A stretch of DNA of 64,000 nucleotides, from assembly GCA_038212935.1 (NCBI GenBank), contig JBBQTV010000002.1, forward strand, positions 21,004 through 85,003. Direction: 5' to 3'. The stretch is from Pyrinomonadales bacterium. Its GTDB lineage: Bacteria > Acidobacteriota > Blastocatellia > Pyrinomonadales > Pyrinomonadaceae. A model generated the notes under the pieces. The model was given only the letters and a program-made list of their open reading frames with translations, was not told the DNA's origin and made no database searches. A program made the position numbers and the translations under genes. The first letter of the stretch is position 1. Each line of letters begins with the position of its first letter. Of the stretch, positions 47,044-57,008 are shown in pieces.

Positions 47044-47145
47044 AGGGAAATGAAAGCTCTGCGATTCTAGCACGGCTTCCAGATTTGAGTGAATCTAATG
47101 ATAAGGGCATCCCAAACCCGGTCCGCTGCAAAACCCTTTTCGCTT

Positions 47146-50070
47146 CTAGCTGGCAAATAGTTCCGTAATGAACTCTTTCGACATTTCGTCTTCCGCAGGA
47201 AGCGGGGTGAGGAAATCTTTTGCGAGAGCCATCCTTCGACGAAGCAATTTGTCGAGCTTTTGGTCAAACGTTGCGAAAGTCTTGTCCGTGGGATCTTTTG
47301 CTATTAAATGGTAGACGTGCACGTCCTTTTCTTGACCGATCCGAAATACACGGTCGGTTGCCTGAGCTTCTTTTGCCGGATTCCACCATCTTCCATAATG
47401 AAAAACATGGTTCGCCTCGGTTAAAGTAAGTCCCATGCCAGCAACGTCAGGAGAAAGAATAAGGACATCAAACCCTTGTGACTCGCGGAAACGGGCAAGT
47501 ATAGCCTTTCTCGTTTTCGGCTGCTCTTCCGATGAAGCCCCCCTTTTTGTGGAGCCATTGACGATATTCACCGATAGTCCAAACCTATGTTTCAATACGT
47601 CCGCGAGTATCTGCTGCATGTCGAGCGTTCTAACAAAGATCAGGGCTTTTTCACGCAGCCGTTTTATTTCCACGAGTTTCATGATGAGGACACTTAGTTT
47701 GTGACAATCGGCGATCGCATTTTCCGGATCTGGCAGTTGAAAAGTTGGAACCAATGCGGGGTGTTGATACACACGCAAAAACTCATTGATTAGTTTAAAC
47801 GGATGATTGCCTTCGCCGCCTACCGCTGCTCGAGTCAGCAATGACATGTGGTAGTCCCGTTGCGATGTCATCAATTCGCAGTCGAGCTGATGTTCATATT
47901 TTCGTGGAAGGTCGCTAAGCTCCTCTTTGTCACGTCTTAAAAGGTATGAACTCGGAGTATAAAAGAGCAACCTTTCTTTGAGAGCTTGAAGAGCAACACT
48001 GATCTCAGTCTCCGCCTCCAGGGGCTTTTCATATTTGGCTCGAAAGTCCTGTGCGCTACCAAGCTTTCCTGGTTCTACAAAATCGAAGATGTTCCACACA
48101 TCAGAAATCTTGGTCTCGACGGGTGTTCCCGTACATGCAACGCGAAATGTTGCTGAGAGACTCTTGAGGGCATGTGAGACCTTTGTACTCGGCGTTTTAT
48201 ATTCTTGAGCTTCGTCGGTAACGATCACTGACCAGTCAGTCTTTGCAAATGAGTGTTGGTAATTTACTACCGTCTCGTAATTAGTAATGACGACGCGATG
48301 TTTGTGCAATTCTTTGATGTCGAGTGTCGCCTCCCCGATCTTTGTCTCGCGCCCAGCAGCCCTTTTCAAACGGTTTAAGTTATTCCCTCGCAGCGTCAAA
48401 CACGGCCAGAATATTGAGCCTTTTTCAGCAAAGAAAAGCTTCATGTCGTTGATCCAGGTTTCACTCTCAACGAGGATTACCGGTGCCACGATCAAAATGG
48501 GTTTCCATGGTGGCACTTCAGAATTATTTGTGTCTGAAAGTACTCCTCCGCGTTCTATTAACGAAGCGAGAAAAGCAAGTAACTGAAGCGTCTTCCCTAA
48601 TCCCATATCATCTGCAAGAAGGCAGCCAGAGCGGCCGAGTTCAAAATTTCGCTGGAGCCACGCAATGCCGCGCTTTTGATGGTCTTTCAGAACAGTGGTT
48701 GGAAGTAACGATTGGGGTAGTTCGGGATCGGTTAATGGTTCTTCGGAATATCCTTCTTCCTGAGGGCTTTCAAACTCGACCTCGCCTTCATTCGTAAGGA
48801 TTAGGAGATACTTTCCACCGGTTTTTTCGTTCTTTTCGGATCGTTTACCCTCCGTCGGCAGAAACTTGTCCGTCAGTTCTTGGAACGCCCTCACAAACGT
48901 CTGATTAAGCGGGATAGTCTTACCATCGAATTCAACAAATCCAGTCCCTTCGTGTCTTGCGGTTTCGACTCGGGACGAAAGTTCCTTTATCTCCTCAATC
49001 GACCCAAAGCTTACTTCGGTTTCGGCGCCATCAGGATATGTAAATCTGATACCTGCGGTGAATCTGTCGCTTAGATTTGAAGCGCCGAGATCGTCGAATA
49101 TCCCAGTGACGCTTTTCTGCATGAACGGTTTCGAGACGAATGGAAAATCGCCTATCCCCTGGATGCGTTCACTAAACCCTTTCAGAGAAACGGCACCATT
49201 GACTCCGTCGAAAAGTGCTTCCGGATCGCTAAGGATCTTTGCTTTCTCCGCACCGCCGAGATGTTGTGCTGTAGAGATCCTGCCAAAGACCTCCTTAACT
49301 TCCGGGGTCAACAAAACACTGGCGTTCCTGCCGTCTTTCGTTTTTACATCGTATTGAGGCAGGTCCGGATTGCGTTTGAATTTTTGAGCAAAGTCTTCTT
49401 CGTCGAGCGTTTCACTAGTAGGAGCTAGGCTTATACGGTTTCCCTCTTCCTCGAGAACCTGTATGCCGATCTCTAAGGGTTCAATGATCTCTCGTCCCGT
49501 TGTAAAACCATCGGTCTCGGCTCCCGCAGCTTCCGCCAATGTTTTAATTTCACCGAAAAATCGAAACGCATCTGGGCTTTGCTTGTGGGCCGGTGAAAGA
49601 TTGTTGAATCTATTGACTTCGGAGAGGAGTTTGAAGGTCTGTAAATCGAACAAATATACTTGTTCGCCGTACCTACAGAAACACCCCTTTATTTCAGGTT
49701 CGACCTCTTCACCGTTCCGAAAGAAGCCCAGGGAGAATGCGCTGTTTGGGGCACCCAAGAAGCTTCTCATTCTTATTTTTATGGAGAACGGGGATCGTTC
49801 TAAAAGATCAGCGAAGGCAGTTATTTCATGTCCGGGAAGATCTGCAAAGTCCTGGAAACTAATTCGCAGATCTTCCCCTTGGACAACTGCGAGATCAAGC
49901 TCAAGAATTTGAGTTATGAGTATCGGAAGCACCCGCCCGAGCATCGACTCGCTCGAACTTTCCCACTCAGAGTCAAACGCAATACGACCCGCCCCGCCGA
50001 TCCAAACATACTCATCAGACGCTAAGATTTCTATTTCCGATACAGGTTGTGGAATTATCCATTCATCCAT
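47146..50070 (-). CDS. zorD: ZorD-like SNF2-family helicase (type I Zorya)
   Basis: SNF2 motifs LLADDMGLGKTLQ, VIVTDEAQEYK and RWWNPAKEAQATDRVFRIGQ. Last gene of a MotA/MotB-like four-gene operon. Start taken at MDEWIIP, 5 nt after the zorC stop. Confidence 0.75.
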   Translation of the reverse strand: MDEWIIPQPVSEIEILASDEYVWIGGAGRIAFDSEWESSSESMLGRVLPILITQILELDLAVVQGEDLRISFQDFADLPGHEITAFADLLERSPFSIKIRMRSFLGAPNSAFSLGFFRNGEEVEPEIKGCFCRYGEQVYLFDLQTFKLLSEVNRFNNLSPAHKQSPDAFRFFGEIKTLAEAAGAETDGFTTGREIIEPLEIGIQVLEEEGNRISLAPTSETLDEEDFAQKFKRNPDLPQYDVKTKDGRNASVLLTPEVKEVFGRISTAQHLGGAEKAKILSDPEALFDGVNGAVSLKGFSERIQGIGDFPFVSKPFMQKSVTGIFDDLGASNLSDRFTAGIRFTYPDGAETEVSFGSIEEIKELSSRVETARHEGTGFVEFDGKTIPLNQTFVRAFQELTDKFLPTEGKRSEKNEKTGGKYLLILTNEGEVEFESPQEEGYSEEPLTDPELPQSLLPTTVLKDHQKRGIAWLQRNFELGRSGCLLADDMGLGKTLQLLAFLASLIERGGVLSDTNNSEVPPWKPILIVAPVILVESETWINDMKLFFAEKGSIFWPCLTLRGNNLNRLKRAAGRETKIGEATLDIKELHKHRVVITNYETVVNYQHSFAKTDWSVIVTDEAQEYKTPSTKVSHALKSLSATFRVACTGTPVETKISDVWNIFDFVEPGKLGSAQDFRAKYEKPLEAETEISVALQALKERLLFYTPSSYLLRRDKEELSDLPRKYEHQLDCELMTSQRDYHMSLLTRAAVGGEGNHPFKLINEFLRVYQHPALVPTFQLPDPENAIADCHKLSVLIMKLVEIKRLREKALIFVRTLDMQQILADVLKHRFGLSVNIVNGSTKRGASSEEQPKTRKAILARFRESQGFDVLILSPDVAGMGLTLTEANHVFHYGRWWNPAKEAQATDRVFRIGQEKDVHVYHLIAKDPTDKTFATFDQKLDKLLRRRMALAKDFLTPLPAEDEMSKEFITELFAS

Positions 50071-50075
50071 AGTCG

Positions 50076-51365
50076 CTAGGGCCGGATTCCATTTTGGGCA
50101 AGCGCCTGTTCTACAACTGGTTGCCAATTCCCTTGATGCGCTTTGCTATAAACTTCAAATCTCTTCAGTTCGCCATCCGTGAATCGCTTGGTACGAAAGA
50201 TATCAGGTAGGAAGCGTCTTTTTTCGCTACTGTTAAAAATATATACCTTTCCCACTTCGTTGAATTCAACGACCAGAGCTCTCCCGAAATCCAATATGAA
50301 AGCACTTTGTGACCCATCTTTCTTTCCAAAATGCTTACTCCCGTCACGCAACTCAGAGTTAAGTCGATAGCGATCCGTATCAGTAAGCAGCGGGCGAGAC
50401 ACTGGCGTGTTTGAGCGAACGTAACGTAGCCAAAAATCCGCTCTTTTATGACGATCATTTGTCATTACCTTCTTAAAGAAGAAAACAATGTCCTCCCTAG
50501 TCAATTGCTGAAGGACCTTCTTTTTGGAATCCTCCATCCCAATCCAACTGGCGGGGCGAAGTCTTGGATCTCCAAGACGGTTTACATCGCTTACGACGTA
50601 ATCAACGAGTCGAGCTTTAACATCGCTTGAATCATCGAAAGCCTTAGACATTACCGCGCCATTCACATGCTTTTTGAACGCCCCGATCTCATGCTTGTCC
50701 CAGCCAAGAATCTGATACACAAAGTAGTCGAGTGTCGCGGGGTTATCGAGTTTATTGGCGCATGATTGAGCACATTCAGAAACTACCTCTCGAAAGAACT
50801 GGGTATCTTCGAACAACCGGAAGTCCGCAATGGAATGTTCCAACGGCATTTTCTTCTTGAGGAATTCTTCAGCCAATCTCGTGACCGAGTCAGCGAACAG
50901 CAGAAGCGGAAGATTTTCCTGCCATTTTTTGAGAACTCCGTTCGGCCCGCTATAGGTCATGATGGCTTCTCTAAGTCCCAAGAACTGAGGTAGGTGCTGC
51001 ACGTCCGCCCATCTTGAGTGAAAGCTGTAAACTAAACCTTGTATTGATTTAGCCGAGTTCCTGGTGCGCTCGGAATTTACCATCAGATTCCAAAACCGGT
51101 TCTCTACAGCAATCTTCGGATACCACGATAAGTTTCGCATTACCCTTGATGAAACCTGCTCAGTTCGTCCAGCTATATATGCTTCCCAATCCCGAATATG
51201 AGAATCCGACGGCTTCTGCGGTTTAGCTATGGCATCAATAGTATCTATTGCCTTCGCTAATGCAGGCAGGTTGAAATTAGAGAAATTTCGATTGTGACGC
51301 GCGGCGGTATCGTTGAACCCGCGATTCGCAAACGTCAAGTTTTGAAGCCCTTCTCTTAAACTCAT
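50076..51365 (-). CDS. zorC: ZorC-like protein (assigned by position)
   Basis: About 430 aa between zorB- and zorD-like genes with 4-5 nt gaps. I did not recognise a diagnostic motif, so the call rests on synteny. Confidence 0.55.
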   Translation of the reverse strand: MSLREGLQNLTFANRGFNDTAARHNRNFSNFNLPALAKAIDTIDAIAKPQKPSDSHIRDWEAYIAGRTEQVSSRVMRNLSWYPKIAVENRFWNLMVNSERTRNSAKSIQGLVYSFHSRWADVQHLPQFLGLREAIMTYSGPNGVLKKWQENLPLLLFADSVTRLAEEFLKKKMPLEHSIADFRLFEDTQFFREVVSECAQSCANKLDNPATLDYFVYQILGWDKHEIGAFKKHVNGAVMSKAFDDSSDVKARLVDYVVSDVNRLGDPRLRPASWIGMEDSKKKVLQQLTREDIVFFFKKVMTNDRHKRADFWLRYVRSNTPVSRPLLTDTDRYRLNSELRDGSKHFGKKDGSQSAFILDFGRALVVEFNEVGKVYIFNSSEKRRFLPDIFRTKRFTDGELKRFEVYSKAHQGNWQPVVEQALAQNGIRP

Positions 51366-51369
51366 GAAT

Positions 51370-52065
51370 TCATTTTTCTTCCACGGCAGACACGGCTTTG
51401 TTAACGACCTTTTCTTCATGTGAGCGAACACGTATCTTGAAGACTACGCGTCGGCTCTTTGCCGAATCCTCAGTCCCATTGTCATCTCGATATGGATCAA
51501 CGCTTCCCCTTCCCGTCGCAGAAACAAGGTCGAGAAAACAAGGCCGTGTAATTTGCTCGTTATCAGTTTTCTGAGCGTCTGCCTTACCCAATATACCTAG
51601 AGTCTCCCTAACGACCGACATTGAACGCTGTTGACTGAGCGGCAGATTTATTTCATCCCCACCTGATTTGTCTGCATGCCCTTCAACGACGATAGAACTG
51701 ACCTCCTGCCTAAACTCGCCGGAACACAAAGTCTCCGCCAACTTGGGAGTGATTCGTTGCAAAAAAACAAGACCCTGATCCGGAATGTCCGCCTTGTTAA
51801 CTGGGAAATTAAGCAGGCCCTCGGGCACCACGACTATTAGACTCAGCGGGTCGTCCTTGTCGTCCTTGAGTTCAAGCCCTTTGTACTCCACAAGCTCTTG
51901 ATTCAATGTTTCTCTGAGTTTAGCGAGAATGTTTTCTCGAGATTGTCGGACCTCTTGTTGTTTGTTGTTCATAGTGGCAACAAGCAGCAATATAAAAATG
52001 ACCGCCAAGGAGGTCATCAAGTCTGTCATCGAGCTTGAGAGGCCCGAGTTATTGTCTGTTGCCAT
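51370..52065 (-). CDS. zorB: ZorB-like MotB/OmpA-family stator subunit
   Basis: MotB-type N-terminus SSMTDLMTSLAVIFILLLV (Asp before TM) and OmpA-like block VVEGHADKSGGDEINLPLSQQRSMSV. Overlaps zorA by 17 nt. Confidence 0.8.
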   Translation of the reverse strand: MATDNNSGLSSSMTDLMTSLAVIFILLLVATMNNKQQEVRQSRENILAKLRETLNQELVEYKGLELKDDKDDPLSLIVVVPEGLLNFPVNKADIPDQGLVFLQRITPKLAETLCSGEFRQEVSSIVVEGHADKSGGDEINLPLSQQRSMSVVRETLGILGKADAQKTDNEQITRPCFLDLVSATGRGSVDPYRDDNGTEDSAKSRRVVFKIRVRSHEEKVVNKAVSAVEEK

Positions 52066-53941
52066 TGCTCTTTATATTCTCCAACTGTTCAGTAAGGTCT
52101 TCTAAAACATCGCTTAGATCATTCACCGATCCACCGAGTTTTTGAACCGCATTCTTAAAATGCTCATCGGCCGTCTGGACGAGCCCATTAAACCCATTCT
52201 GGGTAACTTCTTGATAGTTAGTCAGGTTTGTACCTATCTGACCCAGCAAATTTGTTGCTGACCCCTCGGTCTGCTTAAAGAGATTTTGGTAATTTCCAAG
52301 ATTGTCGGAAATTCCTTGCCAAACGTTCTCTTGTCGTTCTTGCGATTCTCTGACCCGTTCGGAGATCAGTTGTAATTGCTGATGAACACCGGAGGCTTTA
52401 TTAGCTGCCTCACCGATCAACGCGGCCGCCGTTGTGATTCCTGCAACGGAGGCAGCGGACGATTCTGAAGTCTGTCTTAGTCCAGCTACCAACCTGTTGA
52501 ACTCGCCTATAACCGCTTCTAATGAGGCACTCGTTTCTTCAACTCTTGTAAGTTGTGTGTCATGGGTCGTAAGAAGTTGTGCTAATCGTTGTTCATTAGC
52601 CGCGGACAATTCATTGACTTGAGTTACAACACCTTGGGCAGCACTGACAGCATTCTGTGAATTCTCCTTTACCGTATCACTCATCTGCTGCCCAAGCTGT
52701 CCAACTTGAGCGCTCAGGCCCGTCATCAGTTGCTGCATCGTAGTCGCCACTTCACTCATTACGTTTTGGAGACCACTTTGAGAAGACTCGAACTGCGAGT
52801 TCATCGAGCCGAGCAAGCTAGCTGTCTCTCCTAGAGTTTGAGTTACGTTTTCAAATTGTCCTTGGGTTGAACCGGTGAGTGACTCACGGAAACTGCCGCT
52901 CATTTCTCCAAATACTTTGGACAAATCTTCCTTCAACTGCGATAGAAGGCCGGTAACAGTTTCGTTGAGTTGGTTGTTGCGCGTCTCCTCAGCCAGGCGG
53001 AGGAACTTGTTTAGTTCCTCAATAGTTTCAACCATTCTATTGATCATTGGATTGACGCTTTCGCCGACGCCTTGGATCAGAACCGGCACCAAGCTTGTGC
53101 CCAAGTCCTGGACAGAGGTGTTCAAGTTCCCAACATCCTTGCCCATCTCTCCCAACTCGGCTTTTAAAGCGACAAAACCGGCTGCGGTATCCGAATTTAG
53201 TTGAGATATGGATCCGGAAATATCAACTAGAACCTGAGTTGCGGAAAGCTGCGGGATAATTCTATCTAGTGTTGACGATAATTTAATATGAGAAACTTGA
53301 AGCCTATGAAACTGCCATTTTTCAATCATCACGAATGTTGTTGCGCAGAAAAGGGCAACGATGGACGAAAGAAATTTGCCGGAAAGGCCACTGATTAGCA
53401 GGTCAACCCCAGAGACTTGGCCATCCGCGACCTTCACCTCTGACAGTGCGACAAGAATAGCTATAAATGTAAACAATAGTCCCAAGCCCGTCAGTATCCC
53501 GGGAAAAGCCTTGAATTTTTCATGGTTGAACTGGCCGGAAAGAAGTGTGCTTTCAGAAAATGATTTTTCAGCTCCATCGGCGGACCAAAATTCGGTTCCC
53601 GAACCCTTTGTTGTTCTTTCTATTAATTGGGGCTTATAGTCTATCCAAGCGTCGCGAAGAGATCTTGGTTGAGATGGCTCCTCAAAAAAAGAGCCCAGAC
53701 TCTTTATTTCGTTGGCTGAGATTCCGGAAGGTGTGGATTGCGAGCCATCAAGTTTTGCACTAAAGAGTTCGTGCAATCTATTTGAAGCGGCATCGAAGGC
53801 CCTAGTCAACCTGCTAACGTTTTTGTAGAGTCGCCATATACCCACCAAAGTTCCAATTATCAATAACGCCGCAACAATCCATATGAATTTCGGCGCTTGC
53901 ACGCCCAAAGATCTCTCAATTGTCTCAAAAAAATATTCCAT
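52049..53941 (-). CDS. zorA: ZorA-like MotA/ExbB-family channel subunit with long coiled-coil tail
   Basis: TM1 FIWIVAALLIIGTLVGIW. MotA/ExbB-like AFPGILTGLGLLFTFIAILVAL and FLSSIVALFCATTFVMIEKW. A ~400-aa Q/L/S/T-rich helical tail follows. ATG at 53941 (ORF track uses TTG at 53953). Confidence 0.8.
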   Translation of the reverse strand: MEYFFETIERSLGVQAPKFIWIVAALLIIGTLVGIWRLYKNVSRLTRAFDAASNRLHELFSAKLDGSQSTPSGISANEIKSLGSFFEEPSQPRSLRDAWIDYKPQLIERTTKGSGTEFWSADGAEKSFSESTLLSGQFNHEKFKAFPGILTGLGLLFTFIAILVALSEVKVADGQVSGVDLLISGLSGKFLSSIVALFCATTFVMIEKWQFHRLQVSHIKLSSTLDRIIPQLSATQVLVDISGSISQLNSDTAAGFVALKAELGEMGKDVGNLNTSVQDLGTSLVPVLIQGVGESVNPMINRMVETIEELNKFLRLAEETRNNQLNETVTGLLSQLKEDLSKVFGEMSGSFRESLTGSTQGQFENVTQTLGETASLLGSMNSQFESSQSGLQNVMSEVATTMQQLMTGLSAQVGQLGQQMSDTVKENSQNAVSAAQGVVTQVNELSAANEQRLAQLLTTHDTQLTRVEETSASLEAVIGEFNRLVAGLRQTSESSAASVAGITTAAALIGEAANKASGVHQQLQLISERVRESQERQENVWQGISDNLGNYQNLFKQTEGSATNLLGQIGTNLTNYQEVTQNGFNGLVQTADEHFKNAVQKLGGSVNDLSDVLEDLTEQLENIKSNGNRQ

Positions 53942-53970
53942 TATATTGTGCAATTAACATTTCGAATAGA

Positions 53971-53985
53971 TCGAAAGTCTTTCGA
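53971..53985. promoter_or_regulatory. operator-like inverted repeat TCGAAAG-T-CTTTCGA upstream of zorA
   Basis: 7-bp perfect arms, 30-45 nt upstream of the zorA ATG, in the 109-bp rmuC-zorA spacer. Confidence 0.3.
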
Positions 53986-54062
53986 GCGGCCCTCAGGCTT
54001 TGTGAAAGAGGAATCCTCGTTCAACCGAAATTGTTTCAAGGCTCTACAGCGTTAGGAGACGA

Positions 54063-55562
54063 TCATTCATCCCGATCCGCGCCAAGGGTGATAACTTCGG
54101 TCTCTTCTGTTTGGTCGATCTCATCTCGATCATTGATAGCCATCTCGCCCGTTCGAAACGAACGAGTGACAGTTTCGACAGACTCTAGCAACGGCAAATC
54201 ATTATTCGCACCGATAGCCGGAAGGTCTTTGAATTTTCTTGCACTAACAAGTACGCGACTTTCCATTGAACCAACCATCTTGTTATATGCCTTAGCACTC
54301 CTGTCTATCGACTGGCCGAGCTTTGCAACATCAGTTGCCATTTTGCCAATCCGATCGTAGAGCCTGCGCCCCAAGACCGCGACTTGCCGAACATCCTCGG
54401 CGATTGCCTCCTGCCTCCATCCGTAGGCAGCGGATTTCAGAAGAACTATCAGAGTCAGAGGTGTGGCGATGATGACGTTATTCGAAACACCGAAATCGAG
54501 AAGTTCCGGATCATGTTCAAGTGCGGCGCTAAACACGGCTTCGTTTGGCAAGAACATCAAGACGAACTCCGGAGATGGATCGAAGTTTTCATGATATGCC
54601 TTCTTACTTAGCTGCCCGACGTGCATGCGCAAACTCCTTGCATGCTTGCGAAAATGATGGTTCCGGGAGTCGTCATCAGTTGCATCGAACGCCTCAAGAA
54701 ATGCTGTCATGGGAGCCTTAGCATCAATTATGATTGTCCTCTGAGCGGGCAAGTTAATAATCATGTCGGGCCTTTGCGCACCGTCTTCGCCGGCAACGTG
54801 GAACTGCTCCCGAAAATCACAATGCTGGCTCATTCCAGCCAGCTCTACGATTCTCCGAAGTTGAATCTCACCCCACTGGCCTCTTGTCCGTGTGTTCCGA
54901 AGAATGCCGACTAAGCTTAATGTTGTTTCGCTTAGTTTCTGCTGAGAGTTCGTCATCTGGTGAATCTGTTCACCGATGGTTGCGAATGTATAGAGTCGCT
55001 CCTTTTCGAGCTGTGCGATATGGTTATCAACCGCTTCAAGGGATTTCTGCACCGGAGCTACGATTTCGGAGATTTTCTCTTGTCTTAAGTTAAGATCGGA
55101 AACTGCAGATGATTGAAATCGTTTGAAGACCTCGGTCGCCTGACTTACAAATGATTGATTATTCTGATCCAGTGCCTGGCGGGATAGGGTAGCAAACGCG
55201 TCCAGCATATTCTTCCTCGCGTCATTTAGTAGAACGAGCTTTTCCACAGAATTAGCCTTTTCATTTTCTAAATTTTCTTCTAGGGCCGTTTTCTCGTTAC
55301 TTACAGTGAATAACCTTTCATTCAAGTCTTCAGTCTTCTTATCGAGATCTTGGATTGTCTTTGATAGAGAACCTTGTGAGTTCTGCAACGAACGATTTTC
55401 GGCCTGCAAATGACTCAATTCCGTGTTGAACTCAATCTGGCGGGCAGCTTCGGATTTTGCGATTCGAACTCTCATCAACAAGAAAGTAGCAAGAGCGCCG
55501 AGAGCAAGACCGATAAGACTCGGTAAGATATACTGCATCAATGTGGATGGGGGAATTTCCAT
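54063..55562 (-). CDS. rmuC: DNA recombination protein RmuC
   Basis: N-terminal TM plus coiled coil. Conserved RmuC block GQWGEIQLRRIVELAGMSQHCDFREQ...RPDMIINLPAQRTIIIDAKAP. Confidence 0.85.
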   Translation of the reverse strand: MEIPPSTLMQYILPSLIGLALGALATFLLMRVRIAKSEAARQIEFNTELSHLQAENRSLQNSQGSLSKTIQDLDKKTEDLNERLFTVSNEKTALEENLENEKANSVEKLVLLNDARKNMLDAFATLSRQALDQNNQSFVSQATEVFKRFQSSAVSDLNLRQEKISEIVAPVQKSLEAVDNHIAQLEKERLYTFATIGEQIHQMTNSQQKLSETTLSLVGILRNTRTRGQWGEIQLRRIVELAGMSQHCDFREQFHVAGEDGAQRPDMIINLPAQRTIIIDAKAPMTAFLEAFDATDDDSRNHHFRKHARSLRMHVGQLSKKAYHENFDPSPEFVLMFLPNEAVFSAALEHDPELLDFGVSNNVIIATPLTLIVLLKSAAYGWRQEAIAEDVRQVAVLGRRLYDRIGKMATDVAKLGQSIDRSAKAYNKMVGSMESRVLVSARKFKDLPAIGANNDLPLLESVETVTRSFRTGEMAINDRDEIDQTEETEVITLGADRDE

Positions 55563-56190
55563 ACCGGGTTCAGATCATTGAGCGGCAGTGTACCATAATC
55601 ATCAGATACGTCTCCACGTAACATGCATTTTCAGGAAACAGTCTTCCGGGTTTGGAGGGAGCAACTTCGTCATCGGCACAACGAAATCTTTACGCATGGT
55701 CGGCTTGTCATCCGACGTAGATATAATAACCTCTTTATGGGCACCTAGAGCAAGGCGTTTTCCGACGGATACTCATTATTTTGCGACGTAGAGCTGAACT
55801 TTGATTGTGTTCCGAAGTGAAGAATAGTTCGACACTTCGACACTAATAACAGAACGTTGAGAATCGATAAGTGCACGACGTAAAGGGCTGTTTAAATTCA
55901 TCAAGAGTCCTGATCTGACTCTAATCGGGTTATTAGAAGATTTGATAAAGCGTTCCTAGGGTCTGGAAGAAGTGCGTTAGAACGTGACAGGCACCACCTT
56001 TAGATACCCGTAACCTTTTACGGAGAACAGCCGAACGCTGAAGTTCGACCAGCATGGTTTTGAGTCGGAGTAGGTTACGCCGGATAGCCATAGAAACCAT
56101 CTGGGCTAGAGAATGGGCGTAACCGGCGAAAAGTCTGGACGGATGATCGTAAGATGATTGGACGGAGTGAACTGCACCCATCATGGTTTG

Positions 56191-56297
56191 GTCGTATAAC
56201 CCGGTTCCGACACAAGGTCAACGCTGAGACCAATAATGCTCACGGCGAACGGCATTTCAATGTTCTCCGACTGAACAGCATTCGGGAGTAAGCATCT
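56191..56297 (+). pseudogene. isolated ~105-bp fragment of a paralogue of the nuclease gene
   Basis: Aligns at roughly 85 percent by eye with 22756..22857 (..ccggttccgaca.aaggtcaac.ctgag...ctcacggcgaacggcatttcaatgttctccgactg.ac.gcattcgg.ag..). Confidence 0.65.
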
Positions 56298-57008
56298 AAT
56301 AGCGAGTAGCCAAGGATTTGACGGAACTTATGAGCCGGTTTGCTGGCGGCGTTGCCTCTTCGACACGAGTATTGGGACTATAAATGCTGACCAAGCACAC
56401 TCCGGATCGATGAGCGACTCTCTCCCAAAAAACCTTTTGGCATAAAATACCAAAAAAAATCCCCGATTTTTTTTTCAGCCGCCTTGCCGGTGGATTCCCA
56501 TCAGAGGGTTTTTAAAAAGGTCGATAGGAGTTCTTAAGAGAAATTCTCTCCATCTGCGGACCGGGGGCTAAAGGGCCGACAGTGTCTTGGGACTCTTTTA
56601 TGGCATACCCCCCAAGCTGGAACTCTCTTAATCGTGGGTGCTTTATCGAACGGTAGAGAATCGATTAGCCGTTTGAACGAGATCAAAGGCTTCCCTCATC
56701 AAACAACTCTTTGAGGGTGACTTTATTAGCTGCGGGGGTAACTCAAAGTGAATCGATGCGAACTTGCAGATTTTTCAATTGGTCGTCATTGTCGGATTTT
56801 TGTAACTCATCGGAGTTCTCAATTCCAGATCTCGAATATTCGCGATTTACATTGGTTGATCAAATTAATAATTTCCAGGTCCCCACCATGGCCGCATAAA
56901 AGCTTGTTGACGGGACACGGACAGACCTCAGATCTCAGTGGAGAATGACTCTTACTGAATTGCCGATCGGCTCGCACGCCGAAGAAAACCATCTGAATGG
57001 GGCAGGCC

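Noticed and set aside
50070-50127. ORF-track starts that make zorD overlap zorC by 52 nt and zorC overlap zorB by 62 nt (51366..51431).
   Set aside because: Internal ATGs (MDEWIIP.. and MSLREG..) give 4-5 nt gaps typical of coupled operon genes, so the upstream extensions are probably not translated.
55933-56184. 83-aa minus-strand ORF as a possible transposase or integrase fragment.
   Set aside because: There are no recombinase or transposase motifs, and it sits in a decayed region next to the nuclease-paralogue fragment. Treated as noise.
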